Source of the DNA: Trichomonas gallinae
Taxonomy: Eukaryota
DNA length: 34,193 nt
Direction of reading: 5' to 3'
Assembly (NCBI GenBank): GCA_008369845.1
Contig: MRSU01010644.1
Coordinates: 1-34,193, forward strand
In this document: one piece after another, positions 31,128 through 34,193 of the stretch
How the letters are laid out: every line of letters begins with the position of its first letter
Position numbering within the stretch: the stretch's first letter is position 1
Notes under the pieces: model-generated
What the model saw: only the letters and a program-made list of their open reading frames with translations
What the model was told of the DNA's origin: nothing
Database searches by the model: none
Translations under genes and position numbers: made by a program

Positions 31128-32555
31128 TTATGACTGGTAATAAGCTAATATGGACTCTGCTAGTTCATTTATTTCGTCATTTTCGCTGTCAACCAATTCT
31201 TCAAAAATACTGATATATTCTGGATGCCCATAGATATCTAAAAGAGGATTTGTTTCATCATGTTCCTGTGAAGCCAATAAATTGTTTATCGCCTTCAAAA
31301 ACCAAAGCGTTCCATCACCTCCATCATCATCTACCTTTAATATTGAGTCATGGAAGACCATTGCTTCGATAAGCTCCTCGAAAACCATCTGTGGCTCGAA
31401 AACTGTCAGAGCAAATAAGTAATGAAAGAATGCTTCCATTGAATAATTCGGACCTCTGTTTAAATTAAGGAAAATCATTGAAATTACTTTGGATTGTCTA
31501 AAATAATGGTATCTTTCTGTGTTTGCTTCAACATTTTCCAAATAAAATGCAATTATATGAACCAATTCTGATGCTGTCTCAAAAGAATACAATTGGATGA
31601 AGATATTGAACAATCCATTAAAGCTCTTATCAGATAAATGCTCTATGAAGCCTTTGCATATGTTTATCGATAAATTTCTGCCTAAAAAGCCAATAATTTT
31701 GAATAATCTAAAAACAAGTGGATCTAATGATGCTGCCCATCCATAAGATGCAGATTTCAGAACATCTTCTTTAACACTGCCATATGCACTTATAAACTGC
31801 TCATTTTCATAAATATGAACGTCAATTTTGAGCAACTTATAAAAACACTTTAATAAATTCATCAAAAACTCTGATGAAGCCTTTTCTATATATAATGAAA
31901 GTATATCTAGTAGATCGCAAATCATTTCGATGAAATCGACTGAATCAGGTGTAACTCGTTTGAGAATGATATTAGTAATGCCTGATACGTATATACATGT
32001 ATGATCTGTTGGAAATCGTAGATAATTTGTAAGACATTCATTGATAAAATTCATGCTATCGAATTCTTGAACTTGAATATGTCCCGTCTTAAAGAATGAA
32101 TATAATAAATGTAATCCTGGTTCGAGCAAGAAGAGTTCTTCGCGTGTTATTATAGTTGTTGCCGCTGAGAAATAATCAGCTTCAACGAATTCTCTACAGA
32201 AATCATTAGATTTTAGAACTAAATCGGATATAACATCGATAACTAAAACAATAACTTGTGGTATTTCATCGAGAATAATGAACGTTTCATAATAATGTTG
32301 AATATCAAGGTAAAAATTGTTCTCCAGCAATGTTTTGCATGATTCAAGAGGGAATATATTGATAAAATGATCTATTGCAAGTAATGAACGGCTTAATCCT
32401 TCCGGATTTTCATCTTCGAAATTTTGTTTTGTATCAAAAACGAGTTTTTTGAGATATTCTTCATCATATTCGCGATATGCATTTCTGGTATCAACAAAGT
32501 CTTTTATAGATTTTTCACTTTCCTGAAGTGGATGATCCTCATCTTTATAATCCAT
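31128..32555 (-). CDS. Divergent ARM-repeat (importin-alpha-like fold) protein, 475 aa
   Basis: Helical repeats; the C-terminal EELVDSENDEINELAESILAYY resembles the last ARM of importin-alpha; no IBB domain seen. Inr TCATT (32567-32563) lies downstream of ATG 32573, so MDYK at 32555 is preferred. Confidence 0.8.
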   Translation of the reverse strand: MDYKDEDHPLQESEKSIKDFVDTRNAYREYDEEYLKKLVFDTKQNFEDENPEGLSRSLLAIDHFINIFPLESCKTLLENNFYLDIQHYYETFIILDEIPQVIVLVIDVISDLVLKSNDFCREFVEADYFSAATTIITREELFLLEPGLHLLYSFFKTGHIQVQEFDSMNFINECLTNYLRFPTDHTCIYVSGITNIILKRVTPDSVDFIEMICDLLDILSLYIEKASSEFLMNLLKCFYKLLKIDVHIYENEQFISAYGSVKEDVLKSASYGWAASLDPLVFRLFKIIGFLGRNLSINICKGFIEHLSDKSFNGLFNIFIQLYSFETASELVHIIAFYLENVEANTERYHYFRQSKVISMIFLNLNRGPNYSMEAFFHYLFALTVFEPQMVFEELIEAMVFHDSILKVDDDGGDGTLWFLKAINNLLASQEHDETNPLLDIYGHPEYISIFEELVDSENDEINELAESILAYYQS

Positions 32556-33122
32556 TTGGAAAAATGAAATCATTTATTACCCCAAAAAGTTGGCATCTTC
32601 GATATTCTGAAACTTATATTACAATACATATAAATATAATATTTTTTGAAATTTATCTTGAGTTTAACATAGTTATGAATGAAAAACAACTTGGTTTGTA
32701 TTTGTATAGTGAAGTAATGTATACATGCTAAGTAAATATGAATTTAAGCAAAGTTTTAAGAGATATTCAAGAATATAGGTGGAGAGATCGATCAACTAAT
32801 AACTATCTAAAGATATCTTTCGTAGTATGATGTGAAACTTGATTTGCTAAGGTAAATGGAAGGATTTTGAAAATAAATATTTTATGATGATCATCAAATG
32901 AGTATGTTGACTTCGTTCAGTAGTATCTTAGAAATCTTCTGCTATCCAGCTCAAATCGCGAGGTTGATTTTGAAAAATCAAATAAAAAGTGTTATTAACG
33001 ATAACATTATCATAAGTAATATTAGACTATGCTTCATTATGAATGTACAATATGTTTGTTGAAAAATATCTTCTGTATATGAATATTCGTGAAATAAATC
33101 AAAAATTTGTGAGATTATCGGA

Positions 33123-33572
33123 TTATTTTTGCATGTCATTAACAAGAATTCGTATTTTTTCTTCTATTTTCTTTGCAGCTTCTGCCTTTTTTGCGTTTTC
33201 GTTCTGGATATTTTCCAATTGTAATTGTAATTCTTCATTTCTCGATTTCAGAGCAGAAACTTCTTGGCTAAGCTCGAGGTATTTTGTTTGTGTAGAATCG
33301 AAGCGTCTTATAAGTTTTGTAATATAATGTACTGATTTATCATAGTTTTGTTTAATATTCTTGGATGTTTCTATTTGTTTGTTAGCTGCCTCTAGACTGA
33401 TATTAATTTCGTTCGAAAATATTAAAAAATCATCTTTATATTCTATCGCTTTAACGAATTGTGGCTTAATTTCCATTGCTTCAGCAAAACCATCCACAAC
33501 CATGTCATCTATTGCGTCTCCAGATATATAAAACGCAGGAATAGCTGTAAAAACTTCAATATTTTGATCCAT
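33123..33572 (-). CDS. Hypothetical protein with a C-terminal coiled coil, 149 aa
   Basis: ATG ORF with heptads YLELSQEVSALKSRNEELQLQLENIQ. Confidence 0.75.
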   Translation of the reverse strand: MDQNIEVFTAIPAFYISGDAIDDMVVDGFAEAMEIKPQFVKAIEYKDDFLIFSNEINISLEAANKQIETSKNIKQNYDKSVHYITKLIRRFDSTQTKYLELSQEVSALKSRNEELQLQLENIQNENAKKAEAAKKIEEKIRILVNDMQK

Positions 33573-33867
33573 GAAACAAAAAAACTAAAAATGTATTCAT
33601 CAAATCTAAGATTTTTATCATCATTTTTACCATTTTTTAAAAATTCTCATATAAAAACCATCGATTTAGACAAAATTAAATAATAAAACCTATAGCATTA
33701 TAGATAATATCTATAAATATACAATTATTTTTAGCATAATTTCTTTTAATTAGCATAATTTTTTGATATTTTTAAAAATTTTATGTTATATTAAAATATT
33801 ATTGGTTATATAATCTAAAAAATGTGTAAAAATGCGAAAATAAGAAAAAATTAGCATGGCTCCAAAA

Positions 33868-33892
33868 AACCGTTTTAATCGTAATGGCCTTT
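33868..33892 (+). promoter_or_regulatory. Trichomonad M3 + M5 core promoter of RPS23
   Basis: Myb-like AACCGTT at 33868-33874 followed by CCTTT at 33888-33892, 5 nt before the ATG; no Inr. This pairing is described for T. vaginalis ribosomal protein genes. Confidence 0.75.
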
Positions 33893-33897
33893 TAAGA

Positions 33898-34193
33898 ATG
33901 GGTAAATCCAAGGCATGCGGCCGTCTCGCAGCTCGCAAGCTCCGTCTTGCACACAAGGCTAATCTCTGGGCCTCCACAAGCTATCGCCGTGCTCACAACA
34001 CATCTGTCTACAGAACACCACTCGAAGGTGCAGCCATGGCATCTGGCATCGTCGTCGGCAAGGTCGCCGTCGAAGCTAAGCAGCCAAACTCTGCTATTCG
34101 TAAGGCTGTCCGTGTTCAGCTCAAGAAGAACTCCAAGGTTGTCACAGCCTTCGTTCCACGCGATGGTTCCCTCCGTCTCATCGATGATAACGA
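33898..34193 (+). CDS. RPS23: 40S ribosomal protein S23 (uS12), truncated at the window end
   Basis: Manual translation: [16 protein letters not shown]...[43 protein letters not shown]. Confidence 0.97.
   Translation, partial: MGKSKACGRLAARKLRLAHKANLWASTSYRRAHNTSVYRTPLEGAAMASGIVVGKVAVEAKQPNSAIRKAVRVQLKKNSKVVTAFVPRDGSLRLIDDN

Noticed and set aside
33786..33977. 63-aa minus-strand ORF
   Set aside because: Antisense to RPS23 and its promoter.

Overview
AT-rich, gene-dense, almost intron-less eukaryotic DNA with the hallmarks of a parabasalid (Trichomonas-like) nuclear genome: TCA(C/T)(T/A) initiator motifs just before ATGs, an M3/M5-type core promoter on a ribosomal protein gene, a 25-nt spliceosomal intron and bacterial-type genes. 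About 19 intact CDSs are supported. Recognisable ones are an NlpC/P60 peptidase, an NT-C2 protein, MOB1 (5' exon missed by the ORF track), a GT31 glycosyltransferase, an AMPK/MARK-like kinase, a PDI-like ER protein, eIF5B, COMMD10, meiotic DMC1, a bacterial-type Nudix hydrolase and the 5' part of RPS23 (absent from the ORF track). There are also ARM, IPT/TIG, PH-like and coiled-coil proteins and several decayed gene relics. The non-coding DNA carries unexplained structure: a recurrent TGnCRYGTAAA element (an identical 18-mer upstream of DMC1 and of a tail-anchored coiled-coil gene), an 18-bp perfect palindrome flanked by a 9-bp direct repeat, other short palindromes, and two local repeat arrays. 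I found no rRNA, tRNA, CRISPR or intact transposase. I cannot demonstrate a complete novel multi-gene system. All family calls come from motif recognition by eye, not from database searches.
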